A stretch of DNA of 32,000 nucleotides, from NCBI GenBank assembly GCA_022646745.1, contig CP060262.1, forward strand, positions 1,440,001 through 1,472,000, read 5' to 3'. The notes under the pieces are model-generated. The model searched no databases. It was given only the letters and a program-made list of their open reading frames with translations, and had not been told where the DNA came from. The translations under genes were made by a program, and so were the position numbers. Source of the stretch: Planctomycetales bacterium. Its GTDB lineage: Bacteria > 4484-113 > JAFGCY01. Shown piece after piece: positions 31,452-32,000 of the stretch. The first letter of the stretch is position 1. Every line of letters starts with the position of its first letter.

Positions 31452-32000
31452 CGGGCATGACCTGACAATCCACCATCCGCTGCCGAAGCGCTGGTTCGGC
31501 TACACCGCGATGGACTGGTTCAAGTTCTACGGCTTCATCGCCGTGTCCTGGTTCACGCTGGTGTTCGTCTACACGAAGTACGGCGCACTGTTTGATGACT
31601 ATGCCTCCAAGCAGCCCACCGAGCAGTACTCGCTGATGTGGTTCACCGCCAGCGGCCTGCTGCTGGCCCTGCCTGCGATCCTCGGCTTCTTCTGGTGGGC
31701 CTCCGGCGCGCTTGTGAAGTACAGCCGCTGGATGCTGCGCGACTTCACACTCTGGCGCCTGCTGCTGTTCGTGATCATCCTGTTCTTCTTCATCGTCGAG
31801 TTTGACCCGCTGGACCGGATCCACCCGAAGATGAGCGTGAAGGGCATCGCCGACACGCCGAACCTGACGCTGCTGCTGAGCGGCGAGGGCTTCGCGATCT
31901 GGCGCGAGACCGGCAGCCTCCCGGTGTTCAAGTTCCAGCTCGGCTATTTCCTGCTCTGGGCGCTGTTCTGGTTCCTGGTGTTCGTGCTCAACCTGAGTTA
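31444..32000 (+). CDS. Hypothetical polytopic membrane protein (partial, continues beyond the window)
   Basis: Absent from the ORF track because it has no in-window stop. I translated the frame from GTG 31444 to the edge and found no stop: VPDGHDLTIHHPLPKRWFGYTAMDWFKFYGFIAVSWFTLVFVYTKY...LWRLLLFVIILFFFIVEF...FLLWALFWFLVFVLNLS. It overlaps the previous gene by 8 nt. An alternative start is ATG 31510. It has no obvious resemblance to NuoI, NuoJ, NuoK or the NuoL N-terminus. Confidence 0.6.
   Translation, partial: MPDGHDLTIHHPLPKRWFGYTAMDWFKFYGFIAVSWFTLVFVYTKYGALFDDYASKQPTEQYSLMWFTASGLLLALPAILGFFWWASGALVKYSRWMLRDFTLWRLLLFVIILFFFIVEFDPLDRIHPKMSVKGIADTPNLTLLLSGEGFAIWRETGSLPVFKFQLGYFLLWALFWFLVFVLNLS

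Noticed and set aside
1-32000. CRISPR arrays, tRNA/rRNA genes, transposases, integrases, toxin-antitoxin or known defence-system genes
   Set aside because: I found no spacer-interrupted direct repeat arrays. All repeats here are coding (GDD repeats, PKD/PPC modules). I found no tRNA T-arm consensus near the low-GC segments, and no DDE, tyrosine-recombinase or nuclease motifs in any ORF.

Overview
High-GC (about 58-67% in hand-counted 60-nt samples) bacterial chromosomal segment, with no rRNA, tRNA, CRISPR or recognisable mobile-element genes. I call 23 coding regions, two of which run off the window edges and are missing from the ORF track.

Part A (1-24740) is dominated by predicted exported lipoproteins:
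- an Asp-rich repeat lipoprotein
- a MocR/GntR regulator translationally coupled to a dockerin-repeat lipoprotein
- an M28-PA-PDZ peptidase
- a low-GC ankyrin-repeat lipoprotein
- a membrane-anchored beta-propeller protein
- a large S8 subtilase
- four tandem, diverged paralogous lipoproteins, divergent from the subtilase. Each has an unrecognised ~145-aa N-terminal domain, PKD repeats and a pre-peptidase C-terminal (PPC) domain.

Part B (24794-32000) is a complex-I-like (nuo) operon that looks redox-dead:
- NuoB has lost all four Cys ligands of Fe-S cluster N2.
- NuoD has lost the quinone-headgroup His and Tyr, and has no NiFe-hydrogenase Cys motifs.
- NuoH carries a ~140-aa multi-helix insertion in its quinone-cavity loop.
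- There is no nuoEFG.
- The nuoI position is taken by unrecognisable, translationally coupled membrane proteins.
- The operon is split between nuoB and nuoC by a ~1.85 kb lower-GC insert.

The two best candidates for an undescribed system are the cofactor-less complex-I-like module and the four-gene N-domain/PKD/PPC lipoprotein array with its divergent subtilase. All functional statements come from reading motifs by eye. No database search was run.
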